Origin: Sandaracinaceae bacterium
GTDB taxonomy: Bacteria > Myxococcota_A > Polyangia > Polyangiales > Sandaracinaceae
Direction of reading: 5' to 3'
Assembly: GCA_044220955.1 (NCBI GenBank)
Contig: JBGAQA010000048.1
Coordinates: 1-48,217 of the forward strand
DNA length: 48,217 nt
Both the position numbers and the translations under genes were made by a program. Numbering within the stretch: the stretch's first letter is position 1; the number at the start of each line of letters is the position of its first letter. Of the stretch, positions 29,032 through 38,236 are shown piece by piece. The notes beneath the pieces were generated by a model. That model was not told where the DNA came from, ran no database searches, and was given only the letters and a program-made list of their open reading frames with translations.

Positions 29032-32000
29032 TCACTTCTTCTTGTCGGGGGGCGGCGGCGGCGGCGGGCGCGACATCCGCGGGCCCCCTGGCGGCGGAGC
29101 GGGCGGCGGGGGCGGCGGCGCGCTGACGCGCGGGGGCGGCGGCGGCAGCGAGCTGGTCTTCGCGATCATGGCGTCCAGGGCGCCGAGCCCGCCCGGCTCC
29201 TCGAGCTCCTCGACCTCCTCCGCGTCCTCGAGCTCGTCGACCTCGTCGAGGTCGTCGGCATGGGCAGCGACGTCGGCGCCGAGGACGTCGAGGTCGGCCG
29301 CCTCGATCGGCTCGTCGTCCTCCATCGCGACGTCGTCGATCGACGCGGCGGGCTCCTCGCTCGCGGGCACCGTCGCGGGCGCCGGCCTCGCGATCGGCGG
29401 CACGGTGGGCGGTGGTGCCGCCGCCTCCGCGGGGTCCTCGTGGGGTTGCAGCGCGTCGGCCTCGCCAGGCAGGGGCGCGGCGTCGTCGAGCTCGCTCGCC
29501 TGCTCGAGCTCGGCGCTGGTGGCCAGCTGCGTGGCGTCCTCGAAGTCGTCCGCACCCGCGCGCGCAGGCGCCGGGCCTTCGTCCTCGAGCCGCGCGGGAG
29601 GCGGGCCGGCGCGCTCGCCGGTGACCTCGTCGTCCTCGCGGATCGGCTCGAGCCGGTCGACCTCGCGCTCGAGCGAGAGCTGCTCGGTCTCGGGCTCGGG
29701 CCCGCGCTCCATCGGCGCCTCGGTCGGCGGCGGCGGCGGCGGCGCGACGCTCTCGTCGGTGCCCAGCGGATCACGCACGCGCATGGTGCCCGCCTTGATG
29801 TTCGCGACCGCCTCGGTCGCCTCGGCGTCACCGGGCACGAGCGCGAGCACCTTGTTCCAGGCCTCGATCGACTCCCACTTGTTCTTGAGGTCGCGCTCCC
29901 AGGTGTTCGCGATCTCGCGGGCGATCCCGGCCTTGGTCGCGGGGTCCTTCGCTTTCTGCAGATCCTGGCCGAGCGCGAGCAGGAGATCCTGGTGCTTGCC
30001 CGCGCGACGGAGCGCTGCCCGCAGCTCGGCGCGCACGCCCTCGTCGTTCGGCGTCAGGTTCTTGAGGCGCGCCCACGCCTCGGCGGCGTCCGCGTGCATC
30101 CCCTCGCGCGTGAGCAACGCCGCGCGCCGGCGGATCAGCCCTCCGGCCGTCTTCGCATCGAGCGCCTCCTCGACCAGCTTGTCGAGGTGCTTGTCGATGA
30201 TCTTCGCCCGGCCGAGCCGTCGTCCCAGCGCCTCGAGCGCGTCCTGCGCCGCGTCGTCGAAGGGCGCGAGCGCAGTGGCCCGGAGCAGCGCGCCGAATGC
30301 GCTCTCGGAGTCCTTCAGCTCGGTGTCGTACAGACGGGCCGCCCGGACCAGGAGCGCCGCGCCACCGCGTGGGTCCGCCTCCATGTCGTCGGCGAGCTTG
30401 GCGAGCACGTCGACCAGCGCGTGCGTCATCGAGGGCTCGCTCGTGCTCGTCATCTCGCGGCACGCCTGCTCGATGCGCGCCGTCACCGACGGATCGCGCA
30501 CCGAGAGCGCCACCGCCTGGGCCACGAAGTGCAGCGCGCGCTCCCGGTCGGGGATCCGCTCCTCGCAGGCGACGGCGGCGCGCAGCAACGCCTCGACACG
30601 GCCCGCGTCGTCGCTCGCCTCCTTGCGCCGGCGATCGTAGACGACGAGCAGATCCTCGGTGCGCCCCGCGGCCTCCGCGACCGACTCGGCGTACGCGAGG
30701 ATCGCATCGTCGCCCGGCGCCAGCGTGCACGCCCGCAGCATCCGGTCGAGCGCGCCGCTCGGATCGCCCGCGTGCTCCTCGAGGATGTGGGCGTGCCGCA
30801 CGAGCAGGCGCACCTTGGCGTCCTTGTCCTCGGTGCGGCGCACGAGCGTCTCGTAGACCTGGCCGAGCCGCGCGTGATCACCGGCGGCCGTCGCGAGTCG
30901 ATCGGCCTCGTCGAGGTAGCGCAGATCCGGCGCGCCCCCCCCGGTCGAGAGCACCACGCCGAACGCCTTCAGGATGAGCTCGAGAGCCTCCTTCGCGTGT
31001 CCGAGGTACTGCTCCTCGACGCTCGCCGCGTCCGCGTAACGCCTCGTCTTGCCCTCGGGGTCGTCCGCGTCTTCGGCCAGCGTCACGAAGAGCTCGACGA
31101 GCGCGGCGCCTCGCTTCGTCTCCTTCGCCAGCGCCCGGAGCGCGGTCTCGGCCGCCGCGTCACCCCCGGCGACGCGGGGGACCAGGCGCCCCCACGCGCG
31201 ATCGACGTCGCCGAGCATCCGGTGGCTGAGATCGGCCGCCCTCAGCGTGAAGGCGCCGATGGCGGCGTCGTCTTCCTCGAGCTCGCTCAGCTGATCGAGC
31301 GCCGCGACGAGCGCGTCCCAGCGCTGCTCGGCCTCGAGCAGGGGCAGCAGGCGTCGCAGCGGGATCGGGTCCACGAGGTCCGCCTCGCTCCACCGATCGA
31401 GCGCCGCGATCGCGCGCTTGCGGTCCGCCAGCTGGCTCTCGCAGAGGTCCGCGAGGCGCTGCGCCACCGGCACACGAAGCCCCGGGTCCTCGAGGACCTC
31501 CAGCGTCCGCTCGAGCGCCTCTGCCAGTCCCTGGTTGTCGCCCACCGCCTCGGTGAGATCGCCGAGCTGGCCCAGCGCCGGCAGGTGCTGCGGATCGACC
31601 TCACGGACCACGTGCTGCAGGATCTCGATCGCTTCGTGCGGCTTGCCCAGGCCCTCGGCGTACACGGTGGCACGCTCGAGCATCAGGTCGCGCTTCTGCG
31701 CCGGCTCGCCCGCGATGCGCGCGAGGCGGTCGAGAAGGGCAGCGACCCCCTCGAGGTCGCCCCGCGCGTTCGCCCGGTCCTTGAGGAAGGAGAGCGCCTC
31801 CGCGTCCTCGCCCGCGGCGAGCACCTCCTGGTACGCCTCCGCCGCGCCGTCGTCGTTCTGCACGCGCTCGTGGAGCGTGCGGGCGATGCGGCGGTAGATC
31901 GCCGCGCGCGAGCCGATGTCGGACTCGCGGCGCGCGCGGTCGCGCAGCAACACGACGAGATCCTTGTAGCGCTCGGCGCGCTGGTAGGCGCTGGAGAGCG

Positions 32001-34194
32001 CGTCGAGCAGCGCCTCGTCGCCCGGGGCGAGCTCGAGCGCGCGGGCATAGAGCTCCGCGGCGCGATCGAGATCCTTCAGCTCCGCGTCGGCGATGTCGCC
32101 CATGCGGCGCAGCGTCGCGGCGCGCTCGGCGCCGCTCTCGACGTCCGCACGGTAGGTGAGCGTCGAGAGCAGGCGCTCGGCGTTTCCCGAGCGCTGGTCG
32201 ATCGTCGCCATGTGGTCGAGCGCGTCGAGGTCCTTCGGCTCGTCCTCGAGCAGGCGCGTCCAGGCCTCGAACGCCCGCTCCTCGTCGCCGACGCGCTCGT
32301 ACGCGGCCGCCAGCGTCCGGCGGAGCGCGGCGCGCGGCGCCCCGCGGCCTGCCTCCGACACCCGCGCCTCGAAGAGCGGGATGGCGTCCGTCAGCTCGTC
32401 CTCCCGCGCGATCAGCAGGTCGGCGAGCCGGTCGCGGGACGCGCGATCGTCGGGCGTGACGGCGTGGAGGCCACGCAGCGCGGAGATGCCTTCCACCTCG
32501 TCCCCGCGCCTGTCGAGGTGCACCCACACGAGCTTGCGGAGCATGTCCGCCTGCGTCGCGGCGTCCGTGGCGGCGGCGACCTCACGCTCGAGCGCCTGCG
32601 CGAGGTCGTCCCAGCGCTGTGCCTGCTCGAGCAACCGGAGCAGCGCGGCGCGCGAGTCCTTGTCGACCGGATCGAGCGCGACGATGCCCTGGTGCGCGGA
32701 GATGGCGCCCTCGAGCTCGCCGAGGCGCTTCTCGGAGACCTGCGCGACCTCGCGCAGCCGCTGCTTGCGCGCGTCGAGCGCCAGGCCCGGCACGCGCACC
32801 GTGGCCAGCATCAGGTCTCGCAGCTCGGCCCAGGCGCCGCGCTTGCGCAGGTCGCCCTCGAGGAACGAGAGCGCCTCCGGGTCGGCCGGGTCGACGTCGA
32901 GGATGCCCCGCGCGTGCTGCGCCGCGGCGCCGGTGTCGCCGCTGCCGATGGCCATCGACATCATCTCGCGCAGGCGCGGCACGCGCGCGGCCGGCGGCAG
33001 GCTGCGCGCGGCGACGTCGAGCGCGCGCATCGCGTCCGCGTCGCGGCCGAGCTGGCGGTAGATCCCGACCACGGTGTCGGCCGCGTCGGCGTCGCCCTCG
33101 GCCACGAGCCACTCGAAGCACGACGCCGCGTACTCGAGCTGGCCGGCGTCCAGGTAGGCGTGAGCCAGGCGCTTGCGCCGCTCGCGCGCGCCGGGCGAGT
33201 CGGGCGCCCGCGCGAGGAAGGCCACCCAGCGCGGCGGCAGGAGCTCGAAGTGGCCGACCCGCTCCGCGATCCGCTCGAGCAGCGCGATCGAGCCCTCGTG
33301 ATCCGGTGACGCGTCGAGCGCCTGGGCCAGCGTCTCGACGGCCTCGGCCGGCGCTTGGTTCTGCGCGATGTGCCAGAGCGAGTCGGCCGCGCGCCGGCGA
33401 TCGGCGTCGGCGATCATCGGATCCTTGGCGCGCTCGGCGCGGGACATGTACGCGCGGGCGAGGTCCGCCTGGACGTCGAAGCTGTTCGGGTCTTCGGCCG
33501 CGGCGCGCTTCAGCGCGGCGAGCGAGCCGTCCGGGTCGCCGAGGCTCTCGAGGCGCAGGTGCCCGAGCTCTCGCAAGAGCGCGATGCGCCGCTCGCTCTC
33601 CTGCTCGGCCTTGATCTCCTGCTCGAGCAGCGTGCCGACGGCCTTCATGTTGCCGGCACGCCGGTAGATCTCGCGCGCCGCGTAGATGGCCGGCACGAGC
33701 ATCGGGTCGAGCTCGAACGCGCGGCGGTAGTGCAGGATCGCCTTGTCCGGACGCTGGAAGGTGGCCTCCCAGAGCTCACCGAGCCGCAGGTGGAGGCCGG
33801 CGACGATGCGCGGATCCGTGTTCGTGCGCCCGAGCGCGTCCGCGTGGGTCTCGAGGAGCTGGGCGAGCCGGGTGAAGTCGCCGTTCGACTCGTAGAGGTT
33901 CGAGAGGCGACCGAAGGCGTCGGCGTGCGCGCCGTTGCGCTGCAGGGCGCGCTCGTAGAAGGACATCCCGCGCGCCTGGTCGTGCAGGGCGCCCCACGCC
34001 AGCTCGCCCGCCTCGAAGAGGGACTGAGACGCCGCCGCCGGGTCCTGGACGCGTCCGGCCCAGCCCTCGAGCAGGTTCACGAGCGAGGCGAAGTCGCCGA
34101 GCCGGTGGTAGTGCGTACGGAGCGCCCCGTAGGCCGCGACGTCGTCGGGGTTGCGTCGCAACCTCGCGATGAGCTCGTCGGCTGTCGCGTCCAT
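29032..34194 (-). CDS. Giant TPR/alpha-solenoid protein with acidic, Pro-rich C-terminal tail
   Basis: 1720 aa of repeats such as A...Y..AL...P.....L..L..LY.....W..L...L. SD-like GGAGAG upstream. Similar in style to large myxobacterial TPR proteins. Confidence 0.88.
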   Translation of the reverse strand: MDATADELIARLRRNPDDVAAYGALRTHYHRLGDFASLVNLLEGWAGRVQDPAAASQSLFEAGELAWGALHDQARGMSFYERALQRNGAHADAFGRLSNLYESNGDFTRLAQLLETHADALGRTNTDPRIVAGLHLRLGELWEATFQRPDKAILHYRRAFELDPMLVPAIYAAREIYRRAGNMKAVGTLLEQEIKAEQESERRIALLRELGHLRLESLGDPDGSLAALKRAAAEDPNSFDVQADLARAYMSRAERAKDPMIADADRRRAADSLWHIAQNQAPAEAVETLAQALDASPDHEGSIALLERIAERVGHFELLPPRWVAFLARAPDSPGARERRKRLAHAYLDAGQLEYAASCFEWLVAEGDADAADTVVGIYRQLGRDADAMRALDVAARSLPPAARVPRLREMMSMAIGSGDTGAAAQHARGILDVDPADPEALSFLEGDLRKRGAWAELRDLMLATVRVPGLALDARKQRLREVAQVSEKRLGELEGAISAHQGIVALDPVDKDSRAALLRLLEQAQRWDDLAQALEREVAAATDAATQADMLRKLVWVHLDRRGDEVEGISALRGLHAVTPDDRASRDRLADLLIAREDELTDAIPLFEARVSEAGRGAPRAALRRTLAAAYERVGDEERAFEAWTRLLEDEPKDLDALDHMATIDQRSGNAERLLSTLTYRADVESGAERAATLRRMGDIADAELKDLDRAAELYARALELAPGDEALLDALSSAYQRAERYKDLVVLLRDRARRESDIGSRAAIYRRIARTLHERVQNDDGAAEAYQEVLAAGEDAEALSFLKDRANARGDLEGVAALLDRLARIAGEPAQKRDLMLERATVYAEGLGKPHEAIEILQHVVREVDPQHLPALGQLGDLTEAVGDNQGLAEALERTLEVLEDPGLRVPVAQRLADLCESQLADRKRAIAALDRWSEADLVDPIPLRRLLPLLEAEQRWDALVAALDQLSELEEDDAAIGAFTLRAADLSHRMLGDVDRAWGRLVPRVAGGDAAAETALRALAKETKRGAALVELFVTLAEDADDPEGKTRRYADAASVEEQYLGHAKEALELILKAFGVVLSTGGGAPDLRYLDEADRLATAAGDHARLGQVYETLVRRTEDKDAKVRLLVRHAHILEEHAGDPSGALDRMLRACTLAPGDDAILAYAESVAEAAGRTEDLLVVYDRRRKEASDDAGRVEALLRAAVACEERIPDRERALHFVAQAVALSVRDPSVTARIEQACREMTSTSEPSMTHALVDVLAKLADDMEADPRGGAALLVRAARLYDTELKDSESAFGALLRATALAPFDDAAQDALEALGRRLGRAKIIDKHLDKLVEEALDAKTAGGLIRRRAALLTREGMHADAAEAWARLKNLTPNDEGVRAELRAALRRAGKHQDLLLALGQDLQKAKDPATKAGIAREIANTWERDLKNKWESIEAWNKVLALVPGDAEATEAVANIKAGTMRVRDPLGTDESVAPPPPPPTEAPMERGPEPETEQLSLEREVDRLEPIREDDEVTGERAGPPPARLEDEGPAPARAGADDFEDATQLATSAELEQASELDDAAPLPGEADALQPHEDPAEAAAPPPTVPPIARPAPATVPASEEPAASIDDVAMEDDEPIEAADLDVLGADVAAHADDLDEVDELEDAEEVEELEEPGGLGALDAMIAKTSSLPPPPPRVSAPPPPPPAPPPGGPRMSRPPPPPPPDKKK

Positions 34195-34307
34195 GGTCCC
34201 GGCTCTCTCTCCGCGCGCGCCGTTGGACCGGCGCCGAAAGGCGGCGCGGACGGTATCACAGCGCTCTCGGGCGTGTCGCGCGCCGCGTCGGGGAGTAAAT
34301 AGGCCGC

Positions 34308-34901
34308 ATGACCGCGAGCCCCATCGACCCGATAGGCCTCTTCCTCTCCGAGCGCGAGCGCGCGAGGGCGGCGGGCGAAGGCTGGGACGCCACGGCCGCG
34401 TCCCTCGCCACGGTCGGAGCCGAGGGCAGGCCCAGCACGCGCTACGTGCTCGTCAAGGACGTCGGCGCCGACGGCTTCCGCTTCTTCACGAACCGGCAGA
34501 GCCGCAAGGCGGACGACCTCCGCGCGCGCCCGTACGCAGCCCTGGCGTTCCTCTGGCACAAGACGGATACGCAGTTCCGCGCGGAGGGACCGGTTCGCCC
34601 GCTCGACGACGCGACCTCCGACGCGTACTTCGCCGCTCGGCCCCGCGTCAGCCAGCTGGGGGCCTGGGCGAGCCAGCAGAGCCGGCCCCTCGCGTCGCGC
34701 GAGGTGCTCCTCGGACGGCTCGCCGAGATGGAGCGGCAGTACCCCGAGGGCACGGCCGTACCGCGCCCTCCGCACTGGGGCGGCTACCTGCTCGTGCCCG
34801 AGCGCATGGAGCACTGGCAGGCGGGCGACTTCCGCCTGCACCAGCGGACGCTCTACGAGCGCGACGGCGCGGGCTGGCGCGCGACGCTCATGAACCCGTA
34901 G
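34308..34901 (+). CDS. pdxH: Pyridoxine/pyridoxamine 5'-phosphate oxidase
   Basis: LATV...GRPS.R.VLVK...GF.FFTN..SRK, YF..RPR.SQLGAWASQQS, PRPPHWGGY, EHWQ....RLH.R..Y motifs. Confidence 0.95.
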   Translation: MTASPIDPIGLFLSERERARAAGEGWDATAASLATVGAEGRPSTRYVLVKDVGADGFRFFTNRQSRKADDLRARPYAALAFLWHKTDTQFRAEGPVRPLDDATSDAYFAARPRVSQLGAWASQQSRPLASREVLLGRLAEMERQYPEGTAVPRPPHWGGYLLVPERMEHWQAGDFRLHQRTLYERDGAGWRATLMNP

Positions 34902-34913
34902 CCGGCGACCCCC

Positions 34914-35774
34914 TCAGCGAGGGGACACGACCGGGGGCGCCTCGGGGTCGGGCGGCGTCACGCGCGGCGCGACCTCGCGCGGCGGCACGTCCGGGACGAC
35001 GACGGTGCCCGACGACGTCGTGCGCGTCGGCCCGCTGCTGCCCGTTCCGGTGCGGACGGGTCCCGTGGCTCGGGCGGTGCCGCTCGGGTGATCGGAGACC
35101 GTGCCCGAGGTCGACGTCGGTGCGGTGCTCGACGAGACGGTGCCCGAAGGGAGCGCGGACACGGTGCCGGAGGTCGTCGCCGTCGGCGTGCTCGACGAGA
35201 CGGTGCCGGACGGATGGGTCGAGACGGTCCCCGACGTGCCGGTCGTCGGCGGCGTGCTCGACGCCATCGTGCCCGAGGGATGGGCCACCGACGTGCCCGA
35301 GGTCGTGGTCGTGGCGGGCGTGCTGGACACGACCGTGCCCGAGGGGAGCGTCGAGACCGTCCCCGAGGGCGTGGTCGTCGCGGGCGGCGACGACGTGCGC
35401 GTCGGCCCCGTGCCCGTGGCTGGACCCGCGACCACCACGCCGCCACCGCTGCCCGTCGTGCTGCCGGGACCCGCGACCACCACGCCGCCGCCCGAAGACG
35501 AGGGAGGCGGCGTGACGACGGTCGTCCCGCCGCTCGAGCTCGGCCCCGAGACGACGACGTCACCGCCGCGGGTCGTCCCGGGATCGGCCACGACCACGCC
35601 GCCGCGGTCCGTGTCCACGCGCTCGCCGCCCGTCGTCCCGCCGGCGGAGCCGCCGACGCTCACCTCGACACCGACCGTCGCCTCGGCGTGGTGGTGGTGA
35701 TGGCCGCCGCAGCCGCCGAGCGCCAGCAGCGCGCCCGTCAGCACCACGATCGAAGTCCCTCGAAGTCCGGCCAT
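34914..35774 (-). CDS. Low-complexity Ser/Thr/Gly/Pro-rich lipoprotein with His5 and tandem repeats
   Basis: Lipobox LGGC then GGHHHHH. About five ~21-22-aa repeats of SGTVSx(H/L)PSGTVSSSTP.TT. SD GGGAGG upstream. Confidence 0.7.
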   Translation of the reverse strand: MAGLRGTSIVVLTGALLALGGCGGHHHHHAEATVGVEVSVGGSAGGTTGGERVDTDRGGVVVADPGTTRGGDVVVSGPSSSGGTTVVTPPPSSSGGGVVVAGPGSTTGSGGGVVVAGPATGTGPTRTSSPPATTTPSGTVSTLPSGTVVSSTPATTTTSGTSVAHPSGTMASSTPPTTGTSGTVSTHPSGTVSSSTPTATTSGTVSALPSGTVSSSTAPTSTSGTVSDHPSGTARATGPVRTGTGSSGPTRTTSSGTVVVPDVPPREVAPRVTPPDPEAPPVVSPR

Positions 35775-35822
35775 TCACGCCTCCCGCGAACGAGTCGCGT
35801 GGTCGGTATAGCGCCCTGAGCC

Positions 35823-36539
35823 CTACGCCGCGAGGGCCGCGCGGAGCGTGGCGCCCGGGAGGCGCGCCGCGAACCCATCCACGAGCTGCGAGGCGAGCTC
35901 CGGATCCACGTGCAGATCGCAGCGCACGTCGGCGAGCGGCCTCGCCCACATCTCCGCCCAGCGCACGCCGAAGAAGGGCTCGGCGCGCTTGCCGACCAGC
36001 CAGCCGCGCACGATCTCGCGCATGCGCCGGTCCTTGTCCTGCATCCCGAAGAAGAGCGTGTTGGCGAAGCCGACCATCAGGAGCAGCGCCGAGAGCGGCG
36101 CCTGGAACTGCGCCAGGTAGAAGGCCTGCAGCCCGAGCTCGCCCGCGACGTCGGTGTCGAAGCCGGTGACCGCGTGCCATACGTCGTGCGTCTCGCGCAG
36201 GTGCGCGCGCACGTAGTCGAAGTCGCTCGCGACGCGCTCCGGGACGAGGATGTCCTTCGGATCGAGCTTCATGCGGATCATCGCGTCCGCGAACGTGCGG
36301 CCGAGCGTGCCCTCGGGGAGCCTCGACAGCGCGCCGAGGTCCACCTCGCCGAGCCGCGGCCGCTCGCGCAGCACGCGCGCCGAGCGCGGGTCCCCCTGGA
36401 ACACCTCGGCGACGCGCGCCGCCGCCTCGGGGGTCTCGACCGACTCGGCGAGCACGAAGACCTCCTCGAGGCGCGTCGGATCACGCACGAGGCGGACGAA
36501 TGCGCGGAGGGCCTTGGCGTAGGTCAGGGGGCTCGGCAT
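35823..36539 (-). CDS. Coq4-family protein
   Basis: L..LPEGTLG..F, RETHDVWHAVTGF.TD..GE (HDxxH...E metal motif). SD GGGAGG upstream. Confidence 0.88.
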   Translation of the reverse strand: MPSPLTYAKALRAFVRLVRDPTRLEEVFVLAESVETPEAAARVAEVFQGDPRSARVLRERPRLGEVDLGALSRLPEGTLGRTFADAMIRMKLDPKDILVPERVASDFDYVRAHLRETHDVWHAVTGFDTDVAGELGLQAFYLAQFQAPLSALLLMVGFANTLFFGMQDKDRRMREIVRGWLVGKRAEPFFGVRWAEMWARPLADVRCDLHVDPELASQLVDGFAARLPGATLRAALAA

Positions 36540-36576
36540 GGGGCTTCCTCCCGGTGGTTGCGGTACGTCAATCAGT

Positions 36577-36609
36577 ATGTGAGCATTTGCTCGGTTTCGG
36601 TGCTCGTAT
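36577..36609. promoter_or_regulatory. Putative TetR operator (inverted repeats) in the divergent intergenic region
   Basis: AT-rich tract containing GAGCA-TT-TGCTC (36581-36592) and an outer imperfect repeat ATGTGAGCA ... TGCTCGTAT. TGCTCG occurs three times in 36588-36624. Confidence 0.55.
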
Positions 36610-36714
36610 TTGCAGGAGTGCTCGCCCACGAAGGGCCCGGACGGGAGCGCGCCCTGCGCGCGGACCGAAGGGGCCGGCGGGGGCGAGCCGATGGTATCGA
36701 GTGGGGAGGTCGCC

Positions 36715-37350
36715 ATGTCCGTCGAGCCGCGCACGGTCCCGAGGAAGAAGCCGCGACAGAGCCGCGCCCAGGTGACGGTCGACGCGATCCTGGACGCGAC
36801 CGCTCACATTCTCGTGCGCGACGGCTACGAGGGGCTCTCGACCAACCGCGTCGCCGAGCGCGCCGGCGTGAGCATCGGCTCGCTCTACCAGTACTTCCCC
36901 GGCAAGGAGTCGCTCATCGGCGAGCTGCTCGATCGCTACTCCGACCAGATCCACCACATGGTGGTGAGCATGATCGCCCAGCTCGGGAGCGCCGAGCCGA
37001 TCGAGTGCACGCGCGCGCTCGTCACCGCGATGATCGACGTGAAGCTGCGCAGCCCGAGGCTCGCGAAGGTGCTGCGGGAGCAGATCCCGCGCGTCGGGCG
37101 CATGAAGCGCTACGAGGAGGAGCTGGCGACGATCGTGAAGCTCGTCACGCCCTACCTCGACGCGCACGCGGCCGAGGTGCGCGTACCCGACCGCGAGATG
37201 GCGGCGTTCGTCGCGGTGCACGTCGTCGACGAGCTGACGCACGCGCTCGTCACGCGGCGCGCGAAGATCGACCGCGACGCCGCGATCGAGGAGGTGACGG
37301 ACGTGGCGCTCCGCTACCTGCTCAAGGACCCGCCGGAGCGGCGGCGGTAG
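36715..37350 (+). CDS. TetR/AcrR-family transcriptional regulator
   Basis: PRKKPRQSRA..TVDAILDAT..IL...G......N.VAERAGVSIGSLYQYFPGKE HTH. SD GGAGGT at 36705-36710. Confidence 0.95.
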   Translation: MSVEPRTVPRKKPRQSRAQVTVDAILDATAHILVRDGYEGLSTNRVAERAGVSIGSLYQYFPGKESLIGELLDRYSDQIHHMVVSMIAQLGSAEPIECTRALVTAMIDVKLRSPRLAKVLREQIPRVGRMKRYEEELATIVKLVTPYLDAHAAEVRVPDREMAAFVAVHVVDELTHALVTRRAKIDRDAAIEEVTDVALRYLLKDPPERRR

Positions 37351-37354
37351 ATCA

Positions 37355-37780
37355 GGGTGTGATTCGGAATACCCGAATCACGATCGGTCACAACGAAACG
37401 CGCTCTGCGCGCTCGTGACAGGCGATGGCTCCGCATCGCGCACCCGCCGCGAGGCTCGGGAGCGTGACCGGGGCGGGACGGGGAGCGCGAGGGGCTCGCC
37501 CCTCGCCCTCGCGAAGCTGCGGAGCAGCTTCGTGGTCAGCATCGCGTCGCAGACGCCGCTGACTCACAAAGAGAGCGGCGAGGTTCAACGGTAGCGGCGG
37601 GGGTGGGTGCCGCGTTGTTGAGCGCGCGACGACACCGCCGTTCGTGTCGTTGCAGCGAAGCAACGGGGTACCCGCCCACGCCGCGGCCAGCTCGGATCGG
37701 CCGGTATCAGCACGCTCCGGTCACGACATCAGTACCTCGACACGGGGGGCCGTGACGGTTCGACCGGCTCCGCTCACGAA
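37355..37780 (+). other. Densely structured non-coding element (candidate large ncRNA or non-autonomous repeat element)
   Basis: Series of hairpins: 37359-37381 (perfect 9 bp), 37422-37439, 37487-37506, 37512-37532 (perfect 9 bp), 37535-37563. Also a ~91-nt rod at 37594-37684 with G-U pairs on the plus strand, and a long-range helix 37463-37471 / 37717-37725. No credible ORF. Confidence 0.6.
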
Positions 37781-37785
37781 CGGCA

Positions 37786-38211
37786 CTACGGGTGCGCCTC
37801 CGGCCCGCGACGGACCGAGTAGTACGTGTTGTCGACGCGCCCCGTGCGGTCGAACCCGACGACCAGCGTAGGGCCGGCGGGCAGCGAGGGATCGCCGGGC
37901 GCGTGGCCGACCTCGTAGGTCCAGTCGTCGGCGCGGAAGTGGTGCTCGCGGCAGAGGTCGCGCGTGCCGCACTCGGTGCCGCGGCCGATCGCCTGCTCGA
38001 CCTCCGACTGGAACATCCCCTCCATCACGCCGCTCTGGACGATGTCCTCGACGAGCTGGTTGTGATCCTCGAGCACGACGGCGTCGGTCACCTCGCCGCC
38101 GATCGCGTGCGCGAGCCGCGGCATCGTGGTCGAGCGGTCCATCGTCACGGGGCAGCCGGAGAGCGCGAGCGCGGCGGACGCGAGGAGCAGGGCGAGAGCG
38201 AGGCGGTTCAT
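37786..38211 (-). CDS. Lipoprotein with SmpA/OmlA (BamE)-like fold
   Basis: Lipobox LSGC; GM..SEV...IG.......W.Y.......L.V.FD..G.V pattern. Confidence 0.7.
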   Translation of the reverse strand: MNRLALALLLASAALALSGCPVTMDRSTTMPRLAHAIGGEVTDAVVLEDHNQLVEDIVQSGVMEGMFQSEVEQAIGRGTECGTRDLCREHHFRADDWTYEVGHAPGDPSLPAGPTLVVGFDRTGRVDNTYYSVRRGPEAHP

Positions 38212-38219
38212 GCGCCGCC

Positions 38220-38229
38220 ACGGTACCAT
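38220..38229. promoter_or_regulatory. Putative bidirectional promoter with overlapping -10 elements
   Basis: Around the GGTACC palindrome: minus-strand TACCGT lies 8 nt before ATG 38211, and plus-strand TACCAT lies 7 nt before ATG 38237. The divergent starts are only 25 bp apart. Confidence 0.5.
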
Positions 38230-38236
38230 GAGCGCG

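Noticed and set aside
28312..33309. 1665-aa plus-strand ORF, and similar long ORFs such as 8430..11498, 10883..14071, 19164..22706 and 44025..47045
   Set aside because: Antisense or off-frame shadows of well-supported genes. Their Arg/Ala/Gly-rich composition without motifs is expected from stop-codon scarcity at this GC content.
37388..37663. 91-aa minus-strand ORF within the structured element
   Set aside because: No SD, poor codon bias and no motif. The sequence is better explained by base-pairing constraints.
37744..37767. GGGGGGCCGTGACGGTTCGACCGG resembling a tmRNA 5' end or tRNA T-arm
   Set aside because: No downstream tag ORF, matching acceptor stem or CCA end. It runs into a convergent gene within ~20 bp and no cloverleaf can be built.
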